In this document: in pieces, positions 14,001 to 23,331 of the stretch
How the letters are laid out: each line of letters starts with the position of its first letter
How positions within the stretch are numbered: the stretch's first letter is position 1
From: Diplonema japonicum
Lineage: Eukaryota > Protista > Euglenozoa: Diplonemea
DNA length: 64,000 nt
Direction: 5' to 3'
Assembly: GCA_964019335.1 (NCBI GenBank)
Contig: OZ025669.1
Span: 635,094-699,093, forward strand
Made by a program: the position numbers and the translations under genes
Notes under the pieces: generated by a model
Database searches by the model: none
Told to the model about the DNA's origin: nothing
Seen by the model: only the letters and a program-made list of their open reading frames with translations

Positions 14001-14712
14001 TGGAAGCAGGCTTAAAAAGTGATGCAGGAGGGGCCGAAGGAGTTGTAGTTGCTTGTTGTTGTTGCACAGGAGCAATATCTTGCTGGAGTTCAACAATAAT
14101 CGGCTTTGTCGGTTGTGGTAAGTTTGTTTTTCCTTCACCTTCTTTCTCTCTCAGTTGCTTTGCCATCCTGTTCGCAGCTAGCCTCTCGTTAATCCGCTTC
14201 AGCATATAAGCATCGATGTAGGTGCTCTCCAGACAGACGTCGGTGATGTTGATGTTGAGTCGCAGCAGCTCGTATATTGCCTTTCCACAGGTGCCGATCC
14301 TGTTGTGGGACAGGTCCAGCTGCTGCAAGGCCATGTGGTTTTTTGCAACATCTATAATATGTAACACGCACTTGTGGTCCAAAGAGTTCCCTCTGAGGCC
14401 GATTTTCTTAACACTTTTGCAGACGGTAACAACCTGCAGCAAACTGAGAACCCCCCTACAGCCAATCACATTAGAGGAAAGGTCGATTTCGAACAAGCAG
14501 TCGTAGTCCCCTGGCCGTGGCGACAGCAGGTCGTAAAGGCCAGAGTTCCTTTTGCATCCGTACTTTTTACAGCTCTCGGCATAGATGTCCCTCAGAGCCT
14601 TCCCGCTCCCGATATACTCCCCAAATACAGGCACAATTAGATTTTCTTTCTCATTCTGTTTTTTCTTGTTACCGTTGTTAAGTCCTTCTTCTGTGAGTGG
14701 CTCTGCCTCCAT
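2044..14712 (-). CDS. Giant HECT-type E3 ubiquitin ligase (LRR - LamG - CUB-like - SPRY - HECT)
   Basis: Intronless ~4200-aa ORF. N-terminal RNI-like LRRs, a LamG fold (FTIELW...ELRVWDTARS), SPRY (GKWYYEIEI...MQVGWA; WKVGDVIGC) and a C-terminal HECT (DAGGPFRE; LPQAHTCFF with catalytic Cys). Likely start is MEAEP at 14712, after a pyrimidine tract and AACAG. Confidence 0.93.
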   Translation of the reverse strand: MEAEPLTEEGLNNGNKKKQNEKENLIVPVFGEYIGSGKALRDIYAESCKKYGCKRNSGLYDLLSPRPGDYDCLFEIDLSSNVIGCRGVLSLLQVVTVCKSVKKIGLRGNSLDHKCVLHIIDVAKNHMALQQLDLSHNRIGTCGKAIYELLRLNINITDVCLESTYIDAYMLKRINERLAANRMAKQLREKEGEGKTNLPQPTKPIIVELQQDIAPVQQQQATTTPSAPPASLFKPASTAAPTSVPVSNTTATPPTAYLPCQSLDAQESQPLADGVLPESWWDAAVPIESGESFQPAPQLDGPNEMDWSRFPLSDLFNEAQYSKYIPTATKLLQISAVTDPVKIWSNVPVSHPSMILRESSSHSSSSEGMSILDYSDSSSLNESVVTADDRSIHSSEFSDDELGEAQAPLPALQWSDEEEPETEYMHPIAPLPLTSHNGVATDDVVSLPPQQLEAHLSRSVTRPSLEGSGHASYSALHEKRLAVLNLIFSAVVPKLLKAPIEESFVNRLPPQQQAAAHFRRPRRGSEGLRTESERMDMLFTLVDHASASPFPGVTEAMSRAVLAALEGVAPFALAATSPSPPLPPELVTAVQGFLNTSAHALLSDMPSPIPQENKSRVLVDITCGLVKLSVTRGSVRDILSAVSLLRKLPPDIELPGLQSTFHALSSKLPRMAGLLMPFTQGRPLWTPVAEWPANMEESGYVACAVSEEEIILAKGRHLLYLVKPPQGAFRVVSYLNLEASVLSVLYMNKSVLVRIEAAHDEIKLHKFSICKNELKPDGTIHSTSVPSIHVYGLVAGASSVTIVGEELLSRRLQFTSWDLATGTFKVTPVAEKCSGSSCLQLGGGECGLAIGFRSGRYSFTRSAPLDWCKDSQTVVSVLTQGTQPIAPSVQFTIELWCKISPSMLVGMGTMKLISFSSYASEVQLLVSLTESGTAEIRAGHVLGRGAAATVEVPSSALLDWCHLAFMFRGHMWHLIVNGELLGTSPPCASVPKLNDKSWSAGAGLKGSLLELRVWDTARSVTEIQRDMHMTLTGMEANLAVYLPLTEGKGQVMVDVVSSLRFETPRDVSTAWHKDESVAAVSFDGPVEWITGAPSPVQGSPPKCVVPNIVILPPIEQLQQSAILCRTFGKETKVGVVLPESSFPFSELIRAAKGSCMDASIVLDVSPSGVSWYWGGTLAKGITNVAADNTAIAELPSGSLACIRMCKSDSVISTVIATSGSSPPLCKWPDSSLAAAIMGPEDDPSAAVAAAASMQASLLTDSIPSAKETQGCEVVTTLLSASVKFIDAARTSEGLCFSIPFVTDVAAPTFKQLSEIDSSATPLMLYTYFRLASLHLIMLLRAKVAPSAVGLGGEECCLKPLVKMAEIVLDDPSNLPIIKLAATSFLCSYVPVWIPSVYNKVNYIISSLSATNLSCSRSAMLLGTLKALSKDPSLGAMMRESHLKAFGEGTGSLIMLSFARVLLTALGPGGSFSRPLKKAACSALLQLQSNLTSLAVALHRTVRQHVVPASSPSDPSTPSSSGTSPRGPPPDEGLFCMKTLFFPYMRDLFAAAVVDLRTVVAKPDMKKPPILAHVFPTFVGTLPLLNAYSEEFLKGLSPLLPLFTSASKMSSVLDSEEKLLSGEADKTRSLTVQRVVHAISRQDDAPQTQKVCIPGASSLSLSFDPQWVLNGESLIAHLPGRDPEMEGEPLNMPRGWPDDPVTFAGTDTIIFQFDTSCAKYDIHPPIEKRGFKITVTGQVNIPFPSVHWLHDVVLGLIYTTARVCHALTSSYSVPCTPIDDALVPWITDLSLEADSATEPHEFWMSVIGNTDDGGKLVTMLLRKNLPTAQPHLGGDSINQVLRAIFAALLCHMGFSAGKLHDAVVAGDEAPRPAVRLWRRVEELRHWLLELRQKSRNSRCEDEEKSASGTVRDPVKEVLGRAMVLLRHPPTREITTSLRAAGDAMTNPLMATNTMADLMRSESTTEMRRMSSTWKKAMGGSVVVSRLRWMMRKSRNATLGATPERREAAVLQFCQDERVTASYFDDFVAKRRLLGRRRLSALDCFEKLIFEFTALVSEGEAAPPSLPSANSGLVRAFIKSIKGHHYLDNLACCGREVETAIQTNVYSIVSRLAKRLSSDTVGQGCDIGESSERDIEKVELFLDLMSCAWKGADYGLVLRLDILSTLRQLFDATSTIPPKLAALRAKAWQVLQLLALRAAMEAGPGAEINSNTFAFGDNSLPPEGEKEEVVKSSESPVGDLKKIETTEAESDGESDTGRDGMQVSFLRKVVSVAVEELKSAYDSLVTLKRDNVEVKGKLTKLRSKLDEADHRMRVDKIRCHLLTRHSSGTRNSSSRRNSPSMDILPPKSPVASAAREMRRKLGTSLKRERSMLQSLDLAIAARSDNASAWLAFTTALVTTAPSVLLEIVQELELLKIVVQLLASFDPRHNVEICKNAFSFLRIVMPAISPSVADSTVQSVLGNLFPNESAMDGETTVNFMIGFASKYGVIERHKRQQVVKSYLGFSVQRSTSRLLKILLQQAAWQECIMLVVVNIVKDPTQCWVRRKPDGEPLMSTGPDTTEQGIAKAVDKKSSSRKKNLKKNERRSTYGDTEGEQADSPNVKLTASDSGCDSPSNAEGSEQPKQRKRRRGDGEDTEGQQDEKGDDEGGYSTGTEDVTAESDKETRRKARRIQRRRSRMQRRLERGDSETAETTFSEQRDADGLTRLCKIQHRRLDLALSVLGGGDVRINEGKLATCRLRRGARQHVIVQRLSGPIAIVVPVTAKGSFLASNNIRSKTDALVDVAHNPPREVHTDRLMIGVADMLATAHEVPDTSDVTTSLCGLLVTVLEPVTSLNDVLTHHPPADADTEPLLRLPTLKLSQLKKRIAFSKLLPSILRSLYASMTSLQEKDVTRVLKSHAVLILLKLCSLRIETSDPVPFQHLGEMCALINWVLPHRSYRPLNAIEEEGDDISDRDEFDEGDEEEEENETSRDTLDEPICQDPLQEVQQPWQDGDRDDNELPDIISEYHFATFLEGTDEGMSDDEAWEGYSDANDSDEGDAYDVFKRSEVLRRLCVENDIRREAWKLDAALSFTFAARCVLQLLASSKSTVWEEEDTGPPLLVLKFIAKGSAMAYRGQLDQESVNKGLYTLLRTYSAREELASLLVQEALRLLDVDYTGPQFNSFHLGILFIEAVACSDLSQSVFKMSTIVSLLSHAHTSVGWRRRQVLLLMARLFHAAPYDCLDIQHLETKLGGLLTSYNRQLVPEIESKSGTGDILSMYLQALITLMHAKNCLLPDIKSKPVTDVPPEEAVANGVHNLLTVFSAAAQSFSNGKGLPSCLTENAHQCALPEGWVRYGGPTADFMAVGLGVTLRGVWNDSFEEANVAKSFQSNHSLGSTSSVPWAKRGEHPSVSSGPGPLLLAVACPKAQAESYHNFTTIMGNVAVGCGKWYYEIEIENCSLMQVGWADSKNFTCDSEGGHGVGDDVHSWAYDGMRTCIWHDRKSSPYAMQDGDNKSSRDGDTMRRKKAMERRKRRRQRARRKRRLNQNSSSSQVTPLVQEAQQPGDGWDEGEGDDASTEGEWVDDSAMFSGNEADEADDFFFDDDGLQANTGWKVGDVIGCIIHITADKKADISYSHNGVELGVAFSQVDLSSISGLNPAASLRSGDSAVVNLGAAPFRYCPSGHRGVADSLSWLGNVIRGAYTITDQVPNKAFNDLTMVYSDAWHKAVGHGPLDVSTGNEERKRAQPFEIDEVALIHTVNDKDAPSCLTILSRFNVLARLVLAYVGQEAAMPPVLGNVGTLPGQESSLIGRFMGARDVLFPWAKEPLLDGIIAGACSEGRIASILLSRNYFAQAKGGAGGPTTETLFDQLHALYRSKRPWAFKSHESCDASARLWTVVFEGEAAEDAGGPFRESLTTVCEELMEEAPNSLFISSPNYKGNFGDTRDKWIPRPCSAPSSTEHKLLLSKFRFLGRLIAGCLSINEPMDLSLSSVVWKTLTSTPFDRSDLAAIDQMCLTALDGIVNIDTKGITPELFKDAIDETFVTTLSDGQVIELLPDGRDKEVTFDNREEYARLVIEKRLNEAKEYLLEMREGFIDVLPPAVLDLFTWKVLERRVCGASGISVAELHRGAIYEDIDENSPTVHRFWQALETFTQKDLTNLLRFVAARSRLPVAIKVQPHVVDGNPDDYLPQAHTCFFSIELPEYSSTDVMHDKLQYAIYNCRAIDTDGAPVGLEDMDAEDDEV

Positions 14713-14827
14713 CTGCCACCCCCACCTGTTGAGGATGCTAAACAAAAGAAATATGGAAAAGGAAGGTTCTAACTTGCGGAAGGAAATGAGATACATTACA
14801 TAACGAACCGGAGGAGCGTGGGGCGGT

Positions 14828-16006
14828 CTACGACCGGACAAGATCGTTGACTCTGCCCGACCAAAGGTGCGCCTCGTTGTTGAGGTCTTTGAAGGAGTAG
14901 ACCCTTTTGGTGGTGTGGATGTCGAAATGAGACCCGTCGAGAGCTGTTGCGTAGGTGTCCGGTTCGACAGGGATTGTCCCCTTCACGGTGTCGGTCTCTT
15001 TGTCGAAGTAGAAAAGCCTTGGCAATGATGTTGCCACAAGCACTCTTGTTTTTGTAGAAAGATGCCGTGTCTTGGTTACAAGACCTGAATGCAGCACAAG
15101 CTCTGCCTGGTACAGAAAACGGTCGAGCTGTGTCGTGTAATCGGCGTTGATGTGCGTCACGTTGCAGAGCTCGTGTATGTTGCACCAGTCGACACTTTTG
15201 AAGTACTTGTTTTGCTGGATGACTTCCAGTGAAGGTCTGTCTTGCGGATTAGTAACTATGATACTCTGCACGAGCTCTTTAACGTCAATCGGCAGGTACG
15301 GTGGGAACATGAAGGATGCTTGCTTGATATTGTCATAAAGCTCTATCTCACTCTGTGTACCACTAAAGGGCGGCTTCCCCACATAAACTTCATATATCAC
15401 GCAACCAAGCGCCCAGACGTCGGACGGTGTGCCGGACGTGATGCCGTTGTGCAACAGCTCAGGCGGTGCGTACTCAGGGGACCCTGCAAAACCCGAGTCC
15501 GCCATCTGCGACGCTAATATCGCAGAACCAAAGTCCGCAATCTTCACATGGTTTTCGCGCGTGAGAAGGATGTTCTCCGGTTTGATGTCACGGTGCACTA
15601 CTCCCGCATCCCGAATCGCCTTGAGCCCCAAGACGATCTCCCCCAGCAGTCTTGGCACGATCCTATCGTCTGCACTGTTGACTTTCAGATACTTCAACAG
15701 GGCACTGCTGCACTCCTCCATGCAAATATATGTCACAACGCTCTCCTCCCAGCACCCTAACACTGAGATGAGGTTTGGATGTCGTGTGTTTTTCAGCTTC
15801 AGCAAGATTTCTATCTCTCTTTTCGGGTCGGCATTTTCCTTTGCCAGCGCTCGGCCTCTTTTCAACCCACCCTTGTCAACTACCTTTATCGCAACTCTTG
15901 CATTTGAAGCCTTGTGCAGCCCTAAGACTACGGTACTATTACTTCCACCTCCCAATCGTTTGCTGTGGTACACTGAAAAGCTTTCCTTCCCATCCAAAAC
16001 GGGCAT
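14828..16006 (-). CDS. PDK1: PDK1-like Ser/Thr kinase with C-terminal PH domain
   Basis: VAIKVVDK, HRDIKPENILL, DFGSA and GSPEYAPPE motifs. The C-terminal region (LVTKTRHLSTKTRVLVATSLPRLFYFD...KGTIP...FDIHTTKRVYSF) resembles the PDK1 PH domain. Confidence 0.82.
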   Translation of the reverse strand: MPVLDGKESFSVYHSKRLGGGSNSTVVLGLHKASNARVAIKVVDKGGLKRGRALAKENADPKREIEILLKLKNTRHPNLISVLGCWEESVVTYICMEECSSALLKYLKVNSADDRIVPRLLGEIVLGLKAIRDAGVVHRDIKPENILLTRENHVKIADFGSAILASQMADSGFAGSPEYAPPELLHNGITSGTPSDVWALGCVIYEVYVGKPPFSGTQSEIELYDNIKQASFMFPPYLPIDVKELVQSIIVTNPQDRPSLEVIQQNKYFKSVDWCNIHELCNVTHINADYTTQLDRFLYQAELVLHSGLVTKTRHLSTKTRVLVATSLPRLFYFDKETDTVKGTIPVEPDTYATALDGSHFDIHTTKRVYSFKDLNNEAHLWSGRVNDLVRS

Positions 16007-16052
16007 GTTCCCTCCTGTTGTGGGTTACAGTCTGTAATAAGGGCAAACACAT

Positions 16053-16340
16053 TTAAACTGGCGAATCTCTTGGGATGAAGTCTCTCAGTATTTTAGGCAT
16101 GGGTTTCTTATCAATATAAAATCGCTTGTAAACAGTAGCACAGGTCAACAGCACGCCCAACAGCAAGAACCCACCCAGCATGTTAGGTAAGGGGTACCTC
16201 CCGTTTACGGTGTGGTGCCTGAAAAGTCGACCAGCACCCACAGCAATAAGCAACAAGATAAACATAACACCTGCTATCCACATGGCGGAGTCATCTCTAG
16301 GTGGTGGTGGGGTCACTCGCTTCTTCGAAAACCTAGACAT
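16053..16340 (-). CDS. Small two-TM membrane protein
   Basis: ORF MSRFSKKRV... with two hydrophobic segments; fills the gap in the co-oriented cluster. Confidence 0.65.
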   Translation of the reverse strand: MSRFSKKRVTPPPPRDDSAMWIAGVMFILLLIAVGAGRLFRHHTVNGRYPLPNMLGGFLLLGVLLTCATVYKRFYIDKKPMPKILRDFIPRDSPV

Positions 16341-16581
16341 CTCCCCCCTCCTGAAGGAATGTAGTATAAAACAAGAGCACAACGGTAAGCTGTCCAAGAC
16401 CTTCACAAACTGTCTGATAGAGTGAGTGAATGAATGAAATTAAGTGGATAGATTTTCTGGTGGACGACAAGAATTTTTACATTCTGCTCATTCCCTCGCT
16501 AGGCTATTTAAGTTAACACGGCTCGCATGCTCGCTACTGTCGGCACGCACCTGGTATAGAACCAGAGTATTGAACAGCTGG

Positions 16582-19051
16582 TCAGTTGCCCCACGTGGAC
16601 ATGTCGGACCTGATGAAGCTCCCCCCCCATGTGGTGGTCGTTGTCGTGGTTGTGGTAGTGGTGGTGAAGGGCGGGTCTGGCCGAGGGACGAAGTTGTCTG
16701 GTGAGAACGAGAACAAAGACTGGCTGGAAGGTACGGCCTGTGTGTGACATCCTTTGTTTGTTGGTGTACATACGAAAGGGCTTGCGTCCGCGGGGGGCGA
16801 CTGCTGTTGGGCCGAGTGCTGGGGCGGAGGTGGAGGCGGCTGATAATCATGGCCTTGTTGCCCCCGCTCTTCTTCAGGGGGGATGAAAGTTGCAGTAGGT
16901 GGTCTCTCGGTTATCTGTGCTGCGTAGCTCTGGAAAAGACCCACATCAAACAGAAAGGAGGAGTCAGAAGCATTTTGCTGCGTGAGCGGTGGTGAGGAAA
17001 GGATATTAATATCTTCTGGTTGCGGTACAGGTGTTGGCGAAGGGGCAGCCACCTTGGGCGCCTGCCCTGAAGCGTCTGCCGCGATGGTTGACACATCTAG
17101 AAGCGGTGGCATCTCTTTCTGGGCTTTCTTTCGCTTCTGTAGTTCTATTTGTTGTAATTGATTCTTCCTTATGAGTTCCTCTTCTTTTTTCCTCCGCTGT
17201 TCTTGATCCCGCCTTCTTTTTGTTTCTTCTTCTCGCTTGAGACGCTGCAGTTCCTCCTCTCTTTTCTTTTTTTCAGTTTGCTCCTTCTTCTTCCGTCGCT
17301 GCTCTTCCTTTTCCTGTTCTTTTCGCATGCGCTCCTTTTCGCGTTGTTCTTTTTTGCGCTCTTCTTCTTTTTGTCTTTCAACTTTTGCTTTTCTGTCCTC
17401 CTCCTCTCTTACTTTACGGTCAAGCTTTTCGCGCTCCCTGATCTGCGCCTCTCGTTCAACCCTCAACCGCTCTCTTTCATCAGCCTCGCGAAGCTCTCTT
17501 TCTCTTCTTTCTCGCTCTTCTTTTTCCTTCCTTTCTCTCTCCCGCTCCTTCCGGTCGCGCTTTTCCTTTTCTTTTTTCTCTTTTTCGTCCCTCAGCCGTG
17601 TGGCCTCCAACAAGTCTCTCTCCCGCCGACTTCTGGCTTCTTCTTCTTCTTGTATTCTTTTGTTTTCAATCTCGCGTTCGGCTTTACTAACCTCCTCAAC
17701 CTGTGAACGTGTCTGGTGATAGCTGCATACCGCTCTGTCAGGGTCAGCTAGGAGTAAGTCCATAAAGCTGGCGATGTGCTTGTCAGTATCTGGAGGAGCC
17801 GCGGCTTTGGGAACAGGCTTCGAACTGCCCTTCTTTTTCTTCTTCTTCTTCTTCTGGGAATTGGCCACACCAGACAAGGCGCGCCGCTGACGGTCTCGAA
17901 TAGACTTCTCGATGTGCTCCTTCACCTCAGCAACTTCGGGAATACTGAAAATCTTCTCAAGCAGTGTCAATGCGTCGCTATTCGTTGGATGCAACGAGAG
18001 GAGTGTCCCCAAGTCCAACAGTGCCTCGTGGGCTTTATTAAGCTCGTGGTACGCCTGAAAATTGTTGGTGTTCTGTCTCGGGACATACCCTTGCTCTTCT
18101 GTAAAGTCCCTTGATATCATTAGGCTTCGGGGTCAGCACTTGCGTGCAGTCAAGAACTGCCGAAGAGAGGCGCTCACTTCTCTCCTCCTCGTCGCACATC
18201 CCCTGTTGTGTTCTGTGAAGTCGGCAACATACCTCTCCAGCGATGAACAATGAGCAGAGTGCCCTGTTGCTGAAATAGGTGAGCCGTGACTCGTCAAGGG
18301 GGGTGGACACCTCAATCGCTTCGCTGTATTTCTGGTGCGCCTCGCGCCAGTGCTTCATGCGGAAGAGGCAGTTGCCTTCTTCTTTTATTTTCACAGCCCG
18401 TTCGATGGATCGTTTGAATTTATCTTCGCTTTGAAGCGCCGCCTTTACGGTGGTGAGGGAGGGGGGTGTCAGACTTTTGGAGATAGAAGTCATGCCCACC
18501 ACGGTGAGCCGTTTGAGGAGGTGGTTGAAGGCCGACCAGAGGAAGACACACAGCGCGTATCCTGAGATGGACGAGACGCCGCACAGCTGCACAGCAGAGC
18601 TGGCGATTTCGGGTGCGTTGGGAGAGGAGATGTCGGTGAAGCAGTAAACTGACTCGTCATACTCCACTCCATAGCAGCCCAGAGACATGTCGGGGCTTCG
18701 TATACACGCTTGAAGTACAGTAGAGTCGAACACAATGTGACCCTTGCTGTCGCTAGCGAGGAGCACAGTGTCAAAGAGATGCCGACTACACAGCAATGTT
18801 GCTGCTAAGTCCACGGGTTCAAGAAACACCTGAAAGCTCACAACACAATGTCCTTTTCCCCACCCTTTCTCCGCTTCCTTTCTGTATCTCTTCGAAAACA
18901 TCTCCGCAAGCTCAAACAACACACCCTTTTCCTCTATCTGCAGCACTTCCGCCTTTTGCTCATGGGGCATCTTGGACCATAGCTTCAGAACCATTTCAGC
19001 CTCCATGCCAGGTGGCAGGTGGTATCGGGAAGGCGCCGATAACGGTGCCAT
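16582..19051 (-). CDS. TPR-repeat plus long charged coiled-coil protein; 34-nt intron at 18055-18088
   Basis: TPR motifs (KEEGNCLF...YSEAI...YFSNRALC...KGLYRRAR). The intron GTATGT...TTTCAG joins two ORFs in frame, giving YRRAR|AYHELNK. Confidence 0.85.
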
Positions 19052-19239
19052 TACGAAGGTCCGCCTAAATGAGGTAATAATGAAGAAAGAAATCAACGAT
19101 TCAAGACAGAATACTAACCAAACGATACAACGCCTAATGGCAAGCTACAAACCACAAGTACTTTTACAGAGGGTGGAACTTCTACGTTCTTTATATCAGC
19201 ACACTTCAAATGTTGAATACAAAGTAACTAAAATACAGT

Positions 19240-22200
19240 CTACCTGGGGGAGGCCCCCAGGGAGTGGGGGGTCGGTGTGACAAGCGAGGGCGGGGGGAGG
19301 TGCATCCTGGATAGCTCGGAGTTGATGTCCTCGGTGATGTTCATGGGGAGTGAGAAGTCGGGGGCGGCATCCTGTCTCGTTGGTTGTGCACGGAGACGCT
19401 CAAGCAGCTTACTCAGCTGGATGATGTCAGCAGCTTTCGTGGAGATGCCTTGGTTGCTTGTGTGAGGTACACTCACTAGATTTCGGATCTTTTCGTGTGC
19501 CTGTCGCAAGCACGCCACATGATCTACACGAGCTCTGATCGCTTCTTGGACTCGGGCACCTGCATCGGTGGCTCTTGATGTAAGGTCATATTCAAGTGTT
19601 TCCCGCCTGCTGCTCACTTCCTCGAGAAGCTCGTTTGTTCGTAACCTGATTTGTCGCCTAGCTCTCTGCTCGGCTTCCCTCACTGTTCCTGCCTGTCGCT
19701 GCAACTGTCCGAGGCCTGTTTCCGATGTGGCAAGCTGTGTTGCCACTTGCTTCTCGTGGACCACAAGGTGGTTTCTCATCTTGAGTAGCAACTCATTCAA
19801 GGGCTGACACTTCTTCCCCATGTGTCTTCCGACAGAAGCACACCTCGGGCACGTCAGCTCCTCATCGTCGACGCAATACAAGCAGAGTTCTTGCTTAGGG
19901 TGCAGAGGACACATTACAAGAGCTTCCTCCGTACGTGACTTTCCTTCAGTGAGGTTGCCAATCTTCACAGGTGTGTAAGGCTCTCTTCCGGGCGTCACGG
20001 GATTTGTGTAAGTGAGCTGTATCGGGGCCGCCGGTGCCGGTGAAGGCGAGAAAACCACGGGCAGACTGATAGCGGAACCTGCAGGCTGCGGCATCTTGAC
20101 CGTCAGGTAGACAAGATAACGCGGGATGACTCTTTCGTGGTCTGTGAGGATGTACTTTGTCGCTGTCTTCGATTCACCGCTGGAGTCTACGTAAAGGTAG
20201 TCAACACCGATGCAGTCTGCTTGGTAAGCAGCGCCCTTGGGTGGGTTGGGCGGACCGCAATATTTTGTCACCTGTTTGTACAAGGCAGAGGTTGATGAAG
20301 GGGCCACACGGTGCACCCGGCCAGCGACGACTTCACATAAAAGAAGCATTACCGTCTCGCCTGTCCCGCCACCCTGCATGGCGGCCTCGATATTGGCTTC
20401 TGTACTGAATTGCAGAACCTTACTCCTCCTCACTTCTGCTGTGAACCCACTCTGCATGACCTCATTCACACCTGGCATTGAGGGCCCAGAGTAATATAGC
20501 ACCTTAGGGGTACTTCCGAACCTCGATCTGGTTTTGTTATACTTAGAACTCATGGCCTGCGAGGGAGTAATCTGCACTATGCGACGCACCTTTGTTATTG
20601 TTAGTGATTCAAAGGGAAAAAAGAAAGAAAAATTCGATAAAGTTTCGGTGTGAAGGTGTGCTCACTGAAAACAAAAACGCGTACCTCAAAGCTTCCGTCA
20701 CCGCATGTCGTCGTGTGCCGCAGCACCTCGCTCACCATTATGAAGTCCTGCGCGTTCTTGTCTAACACAACTCGTTTGCCTTTTAGCTTGCTTGCCTCGT
20801 CAGCGTTGTCACCCCGGGGCGAGTTTAGGTCCATGAATTCTGGCTCAGCTTGTGGTTCCATCTTAGGGGTCGGTGCAGCTGCTGATTTTTTCGGCTTCGG
20901 TGTCTTGGGCGTTTTGGGAGTTTTAGGCGTAGTCGGGGTCTGGAGTAGTTTGTCCTTATCGTGCTTAAGGTGCCACAAGTTTACTAAACGCATGGCGGAC
21001 AGCCTACTAAAAGCCAAGTTTTCAGTAAGAAGGTTCATAAGCTGGTCGTCAGTGGCATGACTTATGTCCTCCGTACTAGCACCGTGCTCTGCAAGGGTTT
21101 GCTTGAACGTTTCCCACAACTCTTCGTTGTTTCGGCTCGAGGGTGTCGCCGGTGTGTGTACCTGCGGTGTGGGAGGTTCCTTTATTTTTTCGCTCTCCTT
21201 CTGTCGTTCGATGTGCTTGCAGAGTTCTTCCATCTGTGCCTTCTGCATGGCTGCCATCTCTATCGCGGTCTTGCGCTCTAGGCGTCTTTCTTCAATGCTC
21301 TCCCTCTTTGAGCTTTCAGTGTCTTCTATGTTGCTTCTGTGGGACAGCTCCGCCTCGATCAGCAGGGGCTGTCTTTCCTGTATCCACCTTGCTTCACGGA
21401 GACGTTGTTCTTTCAGTTCCTCTTCTTTCCGTTTTTGTTCTTCGTCTTCCTTCTCTTGTTGTCGCTTCTGTTCTTCCCGCTTTTCTTCCTCCTCTCGCTT
21501 TTTTTTTTCACGCTCTCGTTCTTGTGCTTTCTCCTCTTCTAGTTTTTTGTGATCCGCTTCCTCCTGCTGTTTACGCTCTGCTTCTTCCGCTTGTTCGCGT
21601 TCTGTTCTCTGCTTCTCTTTCCTAGCCTCTTCAGCTTCTTTTAGCTTTTTAGCTGTTTCTTCTGCTGCTTTCTTTTCCGAATCATCTTCCTTTTCCACCC
21701 CGTTGGACTCAGTCTCAAGGCGCTCCGTATGCTCGGAAGCAGCTGACATTCTTCTCTTCTGATCACTGCGCAATGACACCGCAATGTCAGACCACTCGGC
21801 CTCTGTGATGTTCGGTGAGCCATGTTGCAGGATTCTTTCTACATATTCAGAGACAGGTGCACCCAATGAGGTATCGCCCTTAGATAGCGCGTGCAAGTAC
21901 GTCACAAGCTGCTCAGTAGTCACAGAGCCCCGCCCCCTTGACACAGCTTGGAAATGCCTTTTTAAAGGATCTTGTGGATACGCGGGCGACCCTGGCAGAG
22001 AGCCAACACTGCTGCCGGTACTAATCTTCTTAACGTTCAGATAATTCAACAGAATCGTAGACGCCGGTTGATCGTTCACAGCATGGAGAGAGACCCTAAT
22101 GGCCTGCGGGCGTGGGTTCTCAGGATTCTTGTCGTAGTCTACCACAACACCTGTTCGACCGTTTAACTTGACATTAGAATGTCCCCGTACTTCCACTTGT

Positions 22201-23225
22201 GACTTCAGCGGGGGTAAGAGCTTGAGCCGTGCCTTTTCATAGGGTGCAGTCCTGTGCGTGTTCTCCCATAAAGGGTCCGGTCTCACGACTATCTTATCTC
22301 CTTGCGGCTCGACAATCACACCGCGTGCCTTCTGCTCGCCTGGCTTCGTTGCTGTAATGAACACTGTGCGCCCAGGTGTGAGCATTTCAGTGGAAAGGTT
22401 AGCGCCTGCCAAGCTCATGGAGGGGCTGTTCATCACGGTATTGACGAAGGAGGTTGCTAAAGTGTTCGCGAGGGGAAGCCCTCTACCACGTCCTCTGCCC
22501 CCCGGCCCCACAGGTGTTGGGGGAAGTGAGTTTGGCCCCTTTCCCTTAAATGTGGTTGAGACAAGGGCTTGCGCAATTGCACTTGCGCCTGTAGTGGAAC
22601 CCGTCGCTGAACCCCTCCTCCCAGACGAAGGTGTACCAGCAAGTGATAAACCCTTACCTCGACCCCTTCCAGAACCGGCTGGCGATGGCTTCAGACCAGC
22701 CAGAAGTTGTCCCACGGGAGTGCCCCGTCCAATTCCCGGCGAGCCTGGTAGTGAGCCCTTTCCAACTGGCGTAGACGGGACACTGCCCTGTCTTTTGGTG
22801 CGTGCCTGTTGTAGGTGCGCCAGGGCACCTGCTAGACCATCCCCAGAAGCAGGTGTTTTCGGTGTCCTTGGTGGTCCCTGAGACGTTTGCGATGCGTTCA
22901 GCCTGCTCACTGGCGTTGCCGGAGTTGTTCCCAGCTCCTCTTTAGGTTTGCGGGGTTCACGGGGCTCCTTTGGAGGTTCAGGTTTTTTGGTTTTTTCCTT
23001 GACTGTGCTGTCATCTTTATGGTTTTTGTCTTTTTCTTCTTTATCTTTATCCCTTGACCACCACCGCTTTTTCTTCTTCTTATCCTGCGTTTCGCTCTCG
23101 TCTCCTGACTCCTCGGCTCTTTCTTTTTTTGATTTCTTCTTTTCTTTTTTGCTCTTCTTCTCTCCCCTAGTCTCCTGTGTTTCTTCGTCGTCTGAGTCAC
23201 GTTTCTTCTTGCTAAAGAACTTCAT
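19240..23225 (-). CDS. Multidomain protein with degenerate PARP-like domain, B-box zinc finger and coiled coil; 95-nt intron at 20590-20684
   Basis: The intron GTACGC...ACAAAG joins GSFE|VRRIVQI. PARP-fold segments (LYYSG..., MLLLCEVVAGR, KYILTDHERVIPRYLVYL) and a B-box (CPLH...LYCVDDEELTCPRC...H). Confidence 0.78.
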
Positions 23226-23331
23226 CTTAGCAGCAAGGTACTAACGATGATTTTATCTTGCACTAGTGTCCGTACATGTTGTCACCTAGTCTGCTTGTCA
23301 ACTGCGGTGCGAGTAAATAAGTACTAAGTGT

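Noticed and set aside
18038-18120. Apparent programmed frameshift between overlapping ORFs
   Set aside because: Explained by a 34-nt GT-AG intron.
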